Source of the DNA: an uncultured Chitinophaga sp.
GTDB lineage: Bacteria > Planctomycetota > Planctomycetia > Planctomycetales > Planctomycetaceae
Direction of reading: 5' to 3'
NCBI GenBank assembly: GCA_964517865.1
Contig: CAZFDW010000001.1
Coordinates: 82-64,081 of the forward strand
Length of the DNA stretch: 64,000 nucleotides
The notes under the pieces are model-generated. The model did not search any database. It saw only the letters and a program-made list of their open reading frames with translations, and had not been told where the DNA came from. Below, piece after piece: positions 1-9,100 of the stretch (position 1 is its first letter; each line of letters starts with the position of its first letter). The translations under genes were made by a program, and so were the position numbers.

Positions 1-59
1 CCAGCATCGTTGCTCGCCTGAAAGAACAACTCGAATGCCGTCGCCCGGAATTCGGCTGA
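1..59 (+). CDS. 3' terminal fragment of an unidentified CDS entering from upstream of the window
   Basis: Frame is open from the window edge (...SIVARLKEQLECRRPEFG) to TGA at 57-59. An intrinsic terminator follows. Confidence 0.3.
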   Translation, partial: SIVARLKEQLECRRPEFG

Positions 60-94
60 TTGTGAATTCAGGGCAGATCATGAAACACGCACAC

Positions 95-129
95 GCCCGG
101 CACAGTCTTCTGTGCCGGGCGTTTTTTCG
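95..129 (+). terminator. Rho-independent terminator
   Basis: Perfect 10-bp stem GCCCGGCACA/TGTGCCGGGC (95-104 / 111-120) with a 6-nt loop, followed by GTTTTTTCG. Confidence 0.75.
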
Positions 130-369
130 TTGATGCGGCGAGGTGTGCGGCGTCAGCGAAAACCCAACCCCGGAAAATGATCGGCAATCAAGCCCGAGAG
201 ACGTGTTATTGGCTGGGATCAGCTCACGGCAGGTTCTGGTTTTCAGAAAAACATGAAGATGCAGGATTAGGTCGCTGGTTAGGACAGGGGGTTTTGGGTA
301 ATTTGAGTCAGGCGAAGCTGTTCGCGAATTCCGCAGTTGTGGTGACTACTGCGAATCGGTCGGCGGTTT

Positions 370-1428
370 GTGCATCACACTGAAGCTCAGGATTACGACA
401 GAATCGGGAGACTGATCACGATGCATGTGCTACGAGATTTGATTGCGAACGCACTTGGCCGTACTCTCATGGGCCGCAGCCGACGATGTCGTCCTGGCAC
501 TCATGTGGCTGCAATGGTTTCGCGTGCCGAGAGTCTTGAATCCAGAGCGATGTTGAGTGGTGTGTCAGCATCACTTGCGGGTTGGAGCCATTTGCTACAT
601 CATCAGCCTGCGGTGCACGGCGTGCTGACAGATGGTATCAGTGATTTGATCCGAAATTCTGTCCCGGCACGCTATCAGTCTCAATTAAACAGCCTTCTTT
701 CGTCAGCAGAGCCAACTCAACCATTGCCAGCCTGGCATACTAAGTTGACCGAGCGCATTGACAATTTCATTGATGCTGCCGTTCCTTCGAATTATCGGTC
801 AGCAGTTCACAACGCTGTTGATTCTGTCGTTGAAGAATTTCACGATGATTTCGTGGCGGCGATTCCTGCACCGGTCTTGACTCTACTGAACAGACTTTCC
901 GGTTATAGTGCGGCTGCGCCTGTGACAGCGAGTGTCACGCCACAGGTGAACTCGCAGACTGAGACACTGACATCAGTTCCCGAATGGCACGAACCGCTGA
1001 CCGAAGTGCTCGATGATGTCGTGAGTTCGATTTCCGATGCTGACGGATCCGATACACAGCAATTTGTTGATGATTTCGTCGAACAAAATCACGAGTGCCA
1101 GGTCGAATCACTTCCGCCGGGGATTGAGAGCATTCTGAGCGGGCCTGAAAGCGTCAATACTTCAATCGTTGATGACTCCGCCAGTCCGACAGCGGACGAG
1201 TCCGGTTCTTTGCCTGCATGGCATGATGCGATAACCGAAACGATCTCCGATGTGATTGATCGCCTGCCTTCCCAATATCGCGAGCAGGCGGTGGAGGTGG
1301 TTGATCATTTCGTGGCCAAGTATCATGATGAACTTGTCACCGCTGTCGATCGACTGCCTGCGGGATTGCTGGACGAAGTGTTTTCCTTCGTTGGCCGCCG
1401 TCGAGGCTGGCTGGGCTTGTTTGCCTGA
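370..1428 (+). CDS. Hypothetical exported repeat protein with three LP[AE]WH..LTE repeats; true start is probably ATG 421 or 469
   Basis: 352-aa ORF. An R-rich N-terminus is followed by ESLESRAMLSG. Three internal repeats lie at about 721-903, 976-1143 and 1210-1390. No family recognised. Confidence 0.6.
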   Translation: MHHTEAQDYDRIGRLITMHVLRDLIANALGRTLMGRSRRCRPGTHVAAMVSRAESLESRAMLSGVSASLAGWSHLLHHQPAVHGVLTDGISDLIRNSVPARYQSQLNSLLSSAEPTQPLPAWHTKLTERIDNFIDAAVPSNYRSAVHNAVDSVVEEFHDDFVAAIPAPVLTLLNRLSGYSAAAPVTASVTPQVNSQTETLTSVPEWHEPLTEVLDDVVSSISDADGSDTQQFVDDFVEQNHECQVESLPPGIESILSGPESVNTSIVDDSASPTADESGSLPAWHDAITETISDVIDRLPSQYREQAVEVVDHFVAKYHDELVTAVDRLPAGLLDEVFSFVGRRRGWLGLFA

Positions 1429-1511
1429 CAGCGGGATTTTGCATTCATCCCGTTGATGAATTCCACACGCCACGCCGGTGAACGTGCCGTACTGTTGACC
1501 GGACCCGGTTC

Positions 1512-2342
1512 TTATGAGAGCCAAAAGCTTGTCATCGCTACGGTGCAGGCCGCTGCCAGCCCCACCCGAAGGTTGTCAGTGAGTTTCACATCCAGCGATT
1601 CGGCAATCGCCCCGGCGATAGCGGCAGAGAAGCCACACGCAGCTGCGGTCATGATGGAGACTTGCGGCTTGGCTTCCAGCCAGAAGGCCAGAGATGCTAC
1701 CGGTCCGGAAAAGACGATAAAGCCCAACGATCCGAGCCAGGTCTTCTGCCTGTTCCAGGGCAGCCGCGTTTTTCCGAACAAACGGCCACACAACCAGGCA
1801 AACCCATCCCCAAATGCCAGAATGGTGACTACCACACAGGCATACTCCAGGTTGGCAGGGAACAACACGATCGTCCCGACCACGGTTGCCGGATAGCTGA
1901 GCGCAGCGCTGAGCAGATTGCGTTCTCCCGGGCGGCGAACCAGGCGAAATACGGCCAGAAAAATGATGGTCAGCACGAGACTCACCACGGTGAGAAACAC
2001 CAGTGCAGCCTTGTCTAAAGGATCAAGGTGGGGCATATCCTTCATCAGGAACGGGATAAGTCCGGGCGACATGTGCAGTGATTTTCGCAGTATTTCTCCT
2101 CGTGGCAATCGCGGTTGCGGTTCATCTGCGTAGTCGAGGGCCATACGGGGACTGCTTTCAGTTTTGTTCACCATTCCTGCATTGGAACTCATCAATGTGA
2201 TTCGGGCAGTCAAGTTCCCGCCAGACCCTCCGAGGGCAGCGATTGCAATACTTTTGGGTCTGCTACACACGGCGCGACGGCCAATGTGGCAAATTGTTAC
2301 GTCAATCTGACGCCACACACGAATCAATGCCTGAACGTTCAA
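1512..2342 (-). CDS. Integral membrane protein of the CTP-dependent lipid kinase / cytidylyltransferase superfamily (dolichol/phytol kinase-like); start uncertain
   Basis: Multi-TM ORF. It carries the signature ILAFGDGFAWLCGRLFGKTRLPWNRQKTWLGSLGF (GD..A..G..GK....KT..GS) typical of the phytol/dolichol kinase-CdsA superfamily. Several internal Met start candidates exist. Confidence 0.55.
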   Translation of the reverse strand: MNVQALIRVWRQIDVTICHIGRRAVCSRPKSIAIAALGGSGGNLTARITLMSSNAGMVNKTESSPRMALDYADEPQPRLPRGEILRKSLHMSPGLIPFLMKDMPHLDPLDKAALVFLTVVSLVLTIIFLAVFRLVRRPGERNLLSAALSYPATVVGTIVLFPANLEYACVVVTILAFGDGFAWLCGRLFGKTRLPWNRQKTWLGSLGFIVFSGPVASLAFWLEAKPQVSIMTAAACGFSAAIAGAIAESLDVKLTDNLRVGLAAACTVAMTSFWLS

Positions 2343-2795
2343 TGCTGCAAATCCTTCAGTGGAATGATCTTGCTCCGTTCTTTACAGCGTTCAAGATAGC
2401 CTGAGTGCCGATCTCGTTGCATGAATAAGATGTAAAACCGGGAATAATGAGATGTTTGAGATGGACTGATGGCGGGTTGGGAGGACAGAAATGTCCTCCC
2501 TATGGAAATATGCGATCATGCGGGATTGTACGGCACTCTGATGTCACAATGGGAGGCAGTGGTTAAAGGGGGTGAATTTTATTGATAGTCTGCGAATGCT
2601 ACGCTAGCTTGCAGCCAGTGAACAAATTCAAATCTTGGCGATTGTTGATCGGTACGTGGAAAAATGCCGTCTTTTTGAATGAATTCAGTCCAAATGAATG
2701 CAGTCAATCTGTGTGATCATGGCGGAGTGAAAATCAGGTGCCACTCCTGGGAATCCTCGCGGGCAGATTATTGCTGGTAGCATTGGGATATTGAT

Positions 2796-4358
2796 ATGAG
2801 TTATCTGTTTCTCTCAGGTTCTACAGGGCTCCTTGGAGCTTACTTACTTCGCGATTTAATGCGATCCAGGGTCAATCTGGCCGTGTTGACGAGGTCAACA
2901 CGCATGGAGTCCGCTCAACAGCGCATGGAGTCCCTGATCGGACGTTGGGAGAAGGAAGCTGGATATGCTTTACCCCGTCCGGTCATTCTTGAGGGTGATT
3001 TGAAACGTGCCGACCTTGGCCTGTCCGCCCGAGATACAGAATGGGTGCAGACACATTGTCATGCGTTTATGAACAACGCTGCGAGCCTGACTTTTTACGG
3101 CAACGGGCGGGACGAAGAGCCTTACCTTTCGAATCTGAATGGGACTCGAAACGTCCTGGAATTCTGCAGTAAGACTGATATACGTGAATTCCACCACGTT
3201 TCAACAGCCTATGTCTGCGGCACCCGTCGCGGTCGAATCCTCGAGTCAGAGCTCGACGTCGGGCAGGAGCACGGCAACGACTATGAAATCAGTAAATTTG
3301 AATCCGAGAAACTGGTTCGTGCGGCAGATTTCCTGACCGACCTGACGGTCTATCGTCCCGGCATTATTGTGGGCGATGCAAAGACTGGATTCACGACGAC
3401 GTTTCATGGTTTCTACGTTCCTCTGAAGCTTGTCTCAACGCTGATGGCCAGGACCGGGGCGGTGGGAGTAAGCCGGGATGAACTGGAAATTGGCGTTCGG
3501 ACGGCGGGTTCGCACCTGATGCGGCACGTACTCAACACAACCGGGCACGAAAAGAAGAATCTGGTGCCAGTGGACTGGGTCGCTGCGGTAATGAGTCACA
3601 TCTACTGTCAGTCCAGGCATCACGGCCAGACATATCATCTGACACCGAAGCAGTCCGTGCCTGTCGCGGTGATGCAGCAAGCCATAGAAGATTCTTTCAT
3701 CAAGTACACATCAATGACGAGCAAGGCTGCTCAGACATCAATCGATTTTGACAAATTCGGTGAGTACTTTTATGAGCAGATGCTGGTCTACCGTTCGTAT
3801 TGGGGGGACGATCCGGAATTTGATTGTGCTAACACGCTGGCCGCCGCGCCACATTTACCGTGCCCGGAAGTTGATGCCGAGTTGCTTCAGCGGCAGTGCA
3901 AATTTGCGATTGAATCGAATTTCGGATGGCCGAAGCCTCGAGCCGCAAAGTTGAATACGGATGTGGATTCCTGTCTGTTGCCAATGTTGAATGCCGAGCG
4001 AAATTCAGATGAGTCAGGATCTCACACAGCAGTTGTCGGTCTGAGTGTCAGTGGAAATGGTGGCGGTCAATGGCAACTCGGGATTCAGAACGGTCGTGTC
4101 GTCAACGCTGAAGTGGGAATCAGTGACAGCTGCACCGCGATTATTTATCTGAATACATCATGTTTTGCCGAATTGCTGTCCGGATTGAAAACTGTGGAAC
4201 AGGCGGTGCATCTTGGATCTGTTCACATCGAGGGAGCCGAGGCGCATATGTCTCAGATTCTGCACGGAATGCAGGACCTGATTTCCGGTAACAGACTCAG
4301 CCAGAGGGGTACGGCGGAGTCAGCTTGTTGCGGAGATCCTGTGAGTACGCAGGTTTGA
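2796..4358 (+). CDS. Thioester/fatty-acyl reductase (extended SDR, NAD_binding_4 type) fused to a C-terminal SCP2-like lipid-binding domain
   Basis: Rossmann motif LSGSTGLLGAYLL and catalytic Y-x3-K (NDYEISKFESEKLV). The C-terminal region at about 4020-4290 (VVGLSVSGNGGGQWQLGIQNGRV...FAELLSGLKTVEQAVHLGSVHIEGA) fits the SCP2 pattern. Confidence 0.8.
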   Translation: MSYLFLSGSTGLLGAYLLRDLMRSRVNLAVLTRSTRMESAQQRMESLIGRWEKEAGYALPRPVILEGDLKRADLGLSARDTEWVQTHCHAFMNNAASLTFYGNGRDEEPYLSNLNGTRNVLEFCSKTDIREFHHVSTAYVCGTRRGRILESELDVGQEHGNDYEISKFESEKLVRAADFLTDLTVYRPGIIVGDAKTGFTTTFHGFYVPLKLVSTLMARTGAVGVSRDELEIGVRTAGSHLMRHVLNTTGHEKKNLVPVDWVAAVMSHIYCQSRHHGQTYHLTPKQSVPVAVMQQAIEDSFIKYTSMTSKAAQTSIDFDKFGEYFYEQMLVYRSYWGDDPEFDCANTLAAAPHLPCPEVDAELLQRQCKFAIESNFGWPKPRAAKLNTDVDSCLLPMLNAERNSDESGSHTAVVGLSVSGNGGGQWQLGIQNGRVVNAEVGISDSCTAIIYLNTSCFAELLSGLKTVEQAVHLGSVHIEGAEAHMSQILHGMQDLISGNRLSQRGTAESACCGDPVSTQV

Positions 4359-4442
4359 ACCGGGTGTCGGCGTTCCAGAGGAACCTCTCGGGCGGCGAAG
4401 AACTGTCGATAGAGGAAAACAAAAAAGCGGGGGAGGAGAATT

Positions 4443-5957
4443 GTGATCTCAGCATTTAAGAGTCAGAGCTCAGGTGCCGCTTTGTCGGGGGACAGCAGTG
4501 GTCAGCCTGAAATCGTCCATTTTGATGCAACGACGCGACGCAAAGAAAAGATGCGCCACCTGGCGGGCCAGGAACGGCCCGACAGCGTTGCAGTCGCTGC
4601 GAACGGTGGAAAGGAAGCGCTGCGTGCAGATTTGCGGACTGCCGTTCGGGCCACAGATCCAGAACTTAGTCGGCGGCAGGCCATGACCAGGGTCACTGAT
4701 CCCGCTGCCAGGTCGGCTGCGTCATCAGCACCGGTGCAGCGACAACCAGCCCCAGGCAACAATGGGATCGCACGGGCGGTGAATTCAAAACCGCCTCAGA
4801 CCATTGCGCCTGCGGCAGAAAAGCCTGAGGCAGAGACAATTTCTGCAGTGACTTCAGCATCGCCTGAAAAACTGAATATTGACATCTCTCAACTCGAAGC
4901 TGTTCTGGTCAACTTCGTCGTCGAGCAAACAGGTTATCCAGAGGAGATGGTTGAGCTGGACGCAGACCTTGAGGCTGATCTGGGTATCGACAGTATCAAA
5001 AAAGCACAGATGCTTGGCGAACTGGCCGAGCAGTTGAATGTGAAGATCAATATCAGCGAAGACATGTCGCTCGATGATTTTCCGACGCTGCGACACATCA
5101 CAGAATTTCTCAGGAAAGCCGCGAACGAAACGGACGCTTCGGCCGCGATCGAGAATACCGAAGTGGCCTCCTCGCCAGCATCGACAATTGCACCGGAGAC
5201 GCCGATTCGCACGACCACGACTACAACATCAAAACTTAACTCTCCCGATCTTCAGCATTTGCTGGTGAATTTTGTGGTAGAACAAACCGGCTATCCGCCC
5301 GAAATGGTGGAAATGGATGCCGACCTTGAGGCTGATCTTGGGATCGACAGTATTAAAAAGGCCCAGATGTTTGGTGAGCTGGCCGAACAACTGAATATTC
5401 AGATCAGAATCACGGAAGAGATGTCTCTGGATGACTTCCCGACTCTGCGTCACGTTCTCCAGGCCCTTGAATCCGCTGCGACTGACTCAGCGGCGGCAGA
5501 GCAGGTCGCGGTACCGCAAATTCCACTGTCGGCCAGGTCATTTTCGGCGGACTTAAAGCGTGAGGAACCACGACAAAACGTGCCTTCAGGTGCAACTCCT
5601 GTCGCGACCGTCACGGGCGCTGCCATGGCCGCACCGATTCGAGCTTCTGTTTCTGCTGCGACAGGACAGGATGTCAGTGATTCGACAAAGCCGTCGGCGT
5701 CCAGTCTGACGCGTGAAGAGCTGGAAGCATTCCTTGTAAACTTTGTCGTCGAACAAACCGGTTACCCGCAGGAAATGGTGGAACTGGATGCGGACCTTGA
5801 AGCTGATCTTGGAATCGACAGCATTAAGAAGGCTCAGCTGTTCGGCGAACTTGCTGAAAATCTGGACGTGCAGATTCAGATCACGGACGATATGTCACTC
5901 GACGACTATCGGACACTGCGGGATGTTCTGAACCTTCTCGCGCAGGAAAAGAATTAG
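4443..5957 (+). CDS. Stand-alone triple acyl carrier protein (three tandem PP-binding domains) with a ~145-aa low-complexity N-terminus
   Basis: GTG start preceded by the GGGGGAGGAG Shine-Dalgarno. Three near-identical modules each carry DADLEADLGIDSIKKAQ, separated by Ala/Pro/Thr-rich linkers. Confidence 0.85.
   Translation: MISAFKSQSSGAALSGDSSGQPEIVHFDATTRRKEKMRHLAGQERPDSVAVAANGGKEALRADLRTAVRATDPELSRRQAMTRVTDPAARSAASSAPVQRQPAPGNNGIARAVNSKPPQTIAPAAEKPEAETISAVTSASPEKLNIDISQLEAVLVNFVVEQTGYPEEMVELDADLEADLGIDSIKKAQMLGELAEQLNVKINISEDMSLDDFPTLRHITEFLRKAANETDASAAIENTEVASSPASTIAPETPIRTTTTTTSKLNSPDLQHLLVNFVVEQTGYPPEMVEMDADLEADLGIDSIKKAQMFGELAEQLNIQIRITEEMSLDDFPTLRHVLQALESAATDSAAAEQVAVPQIPLSARSFSADLKREEPRQNVPSGATPVATVTGAAMAAPIRASVSAATGQDVSDSTKPSASSLTREELEAFLVNFVVEQTGYPQEMVELDADLEADLGIDSIKKAQLFGELAENLDVQIQITDDMSLDDYRTLRDVLNLLAQEKN
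4872..5120 (+). other. ACP domain 1
   Basis: VNFVVEQTGYPEEMVELDADLEADLGIDSIKKAQMLGELAEQL. The attachment Ser codon AGT is at 4992-4994. Confidence 0.85.
5247..5470 (+). other. ACP domain 2
   Basis: VNFVVEQTGYPPEMVEMDADLEADLGIDSIKKAQMFGELAEQL. The Ser codon is at 5349-5351. Confidence 0.85.
5707..5945 (+). other. ACP domain 3
   Basis: VNFVVEQTGYPQEMVELDADLEADLGIDSIKKAQLFGELAENL. The Ser codon is at 5820-5822. Confidence 0.85.
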
Positions 5958-6102
5958 GCTGGACATTCTCACCTGTGGAATGCTCAGCTCCCTGCGATTC
6001 CGAGACACGCTGCGCGCCGGTTCATCGAATGGATGATGGTGCGCGCGTCTCTGCTGAGACGCGGAGTCGGCGTTCCGATATTTTTACAGTAGAGGAAATC
6101 AG

Positions 6103-9100
6103 ATGAGTCGTTTCTCCGAAAAGCCAGTTGCCATTATCGGAATGGGTTGTCGCCTTCCGGGTGCAGACAATGTGGATGAGTTCTGGCAACTGCTGATCGA
6201 AGGCCGAAGTGCGTTGGGAGAACTGCCGCCGGATCGCATGGATCGCGAACTGCAGTACGCGCCTCAAAAGGGAATTCGTACGCGATCATATTCCTGCCTG
6301 GGAGGTGTGGCTCAGGAGCAGCAGTTTTCGCAGATCGATTGTCCGGTTTCTCAATCGCTCATCGACCAGTCTCATTCAGCACACATTACGCTGTGCACCG
6401 TCGCGGCATCGGCCTGCCGGGATGCAGGACTCAATCCCTATGCCTTGCCAAATCGGAATGTGGGGGTTTACGTTGGGCACACGCCACCCAGCGCCCACAT
6501 CGGGCAGGTTGTTTACGCCCGCATGATCGCGCAGACAGCGGAGTATCTCCGGGAGATTCGGGAGCTGGATCAGTTACCACCCGGTGAAAAGGATGCCATC
6601 ATTCGGGAGATCGTGCACTCTGTGCGCAAGGACTACAAGGCTGGAGATCCGCTGACAAGGATGCGATCCTATGCGAATCATGGCCCGGGTTTGATTTCGC
6701 AGGCGTTTGGCCTGGATGGACCTTCAATCGCTTTCGACGCAGCATGTGCTTCCTCGTTTCGAGCGCTGGGGCACGGCATTCGCGCTTTGCAGCGAGGTGC
6801 CGTTGACATGGCACTCATTGGCGGTGCATCGTATGTTCACGGCGACACACTCGTGGTTTTTTCACAGGCTCAGACTCTGAGTGCGGTTGGCTCAATGCCC
6901 TTCGACGAGAAGGCCGCAGGGTTAGTCGCTGCAGGCGGATACGTCGTGCTGGCGTTAAAAACACTGGAGCGGGCGATGGCCGACGGCGACAGCATTCAGG
7001 CGGTCATCTGCGGTCTGGGAGTGTCGTCGGACGGCAAAGGAAAAAGTCTGTGGGCACCCCGACAGGAGGGGCAGATTGAAGCCATCTCGCGAGCCTATGG
7101 TCACGGAATCGAATTTCGTGATCTGCAGTATCTGGAGATGCATGCCACCTCAACGCAGGTCGGCGACGCGACCGAATTGGCAGCCATGGCAAAGTCCGCT
7201 CATGGACAGTTTCCACCGCATACGAAGATTCCGATTGGCAGTGTGAAGGCGAATATTGGTCATACTCTCGAGACAGCAGGGATTGCCAGTCTGCTGAAGA
7301 CTGTGCTGGCGATGAAACACGGGAAAATCCCACCGCAGATCAATGTGCAGCAGCTCAACAGCACCGTGAATTGGGAGGAGCTCCCCTTCTTTGTTCCGAC
7401 ACAGGCGCTGGAATGGAAACGTCCTGCCCCGAACATTCCCCGCATGGCGGCCGTTAACGCATTCGGGATTGGCGGGTTGAACGTCCATATTGCCGTGCGT
7501 GAACATCTTCCCGTGGCAACTTCCACACATCCCGTCAGCTCGCCGCCAGTGAAGCAACTGATTGCCGCAACGGACGACAATCTGAGTGACGAAGGAGCAC
7601 TGGCGATCGTTGGAATGGGAGCAATCTATCCAGGCGCACGAACGATAGATCATTTATGGGACGTGTTTCGTGAAGGACGCGACCAAAAATCTGAAGTTGC
7701 TCCGCAACGCTGGAAAAAAAATCTGGCGTACGATGCTGCGTCGCATGAACTTTGGAAAGTACCGACCGCAACAGGCGGTTTCATCAATGACTATGAATAC
7801 GACTGGAAGCGTCACAAAGTTCCTCCAAAACAGATCGCCAGTGCCGACCCGTTGCAGTTCATGTTACTGGATGCTGCGGATCAGGCCCTGAAAGATTCCG
7901 GCTATGATGCTAAGCCATTCGATCGAAATCGGACCGGCGTCATTGTCGGGATTGTGTTCGGAGGCGAATTCGCCGATCAGCTGCAGGCCGGCCTGCGCTT
8001 AACGGATTTTCAGAAACGGTTGTCAGAGGCGCTGCAGAATCGCGGCGTGGCCACAGAAAAGATCAATCAGATCTGCGCAGAATATGAAAACATCCTGTTA
8101 GAGCACATGCCAGCGCTCATTGATGAAACCGGCAGCTTTACGGCCAGTACGCTGGCATCACGAATTACAAAGACGTTCAACCTGATGGGAGGAGCAGTCG
8201 CACTGGACGCTGGCGACTGCTCGTCCTTGTCCGCGATTGAGTGTTGTGCAGACGTCCTGCTGGCTGGCGACTGCGATATGATGATTTGTGCGTCCGGGCA
8301 GCGCGCGATGGGAATTCCCACATTCGAAGGCCTGAAGCAACACGAACTGCTGTCGGTCGGCGAACCGCACGCTCCATTTGATTCGCGCGCGACGGGATCT
8401 GTTCCTGGAGAAGGCGTCGGCGCGGTCATTCTGAAGCGTCTCGCTGATGCACAACGTGATGGAGACCGGATTCATGGCATCATTCGCGGACTTGGCGTCG
8501 CTCGTTCAGATTCACGACGTGAGGCGCTGCGTAATGCCTTGAGTCGCGGACTGCATTCTGCCGGACTGACCCCGCAGGATATTGCATTTATTGAAGCCGG
8601 TTCAAGCGGCGTACCCGATCGGGACAGAGATGAGATTCTGGCGATCGCTGACGTCTATGGAGCCGAATCCCGTCCGGAGCCGCTGCCCATCGGAAGCGTC
8701 GCCGGCCAGATGGGGAACATCGGCGGTGGCTCCGGGATGGCCTCACTCATCAAAGCCGTCTCGCAACTGAATCATGCCGAAATGTCCGCATCTGTGGGGC
8801 TTGAGTCACCGATTTCAGAACTGGGAGATAACGCAAAGATTGTGCGCCCGTGCAACGCACCCAGCCGAATTCCACCAGTGAATGTCAACGGAAGAATGTT
8901 TGCAGGCATCACTTCGTACGCAAATCATCATGTCGCATACCATTTGATTGTGGAAGGGGCGACACGTGTCCCGATGCCAGCTCCTTCGGTAAAGCGTCCG
9001 TCACTGATGGCCAGGCCCGCTGCTCAGCCGTGTGAACTTCGGTCGCCTGCGGTCTCGCCGGCCTCACCGCGTGTGTCGTCGGCATGGCAGCCTGAATCTT

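Noticed and set aside
2728-2744. Sigma-54-like promoter on the minus strand (TGGCAC-CTGAT-TTTCA)
   Set aside because: The -24 element is perfect, but the -12 GC dinucleotide is TC. It lies ~385 bp from the nearest minus-strand start. This is too weak to call without a matrix score.
4872-5945. Regularly spaced ~200-nt repeats that could be mistaken for a repeat array
   Set aside because: They are the three coding ACP modules of one ORF. Similarity follows the reading frame and differences are mostly synonymous. This is not CRISPR or satellite DNA.
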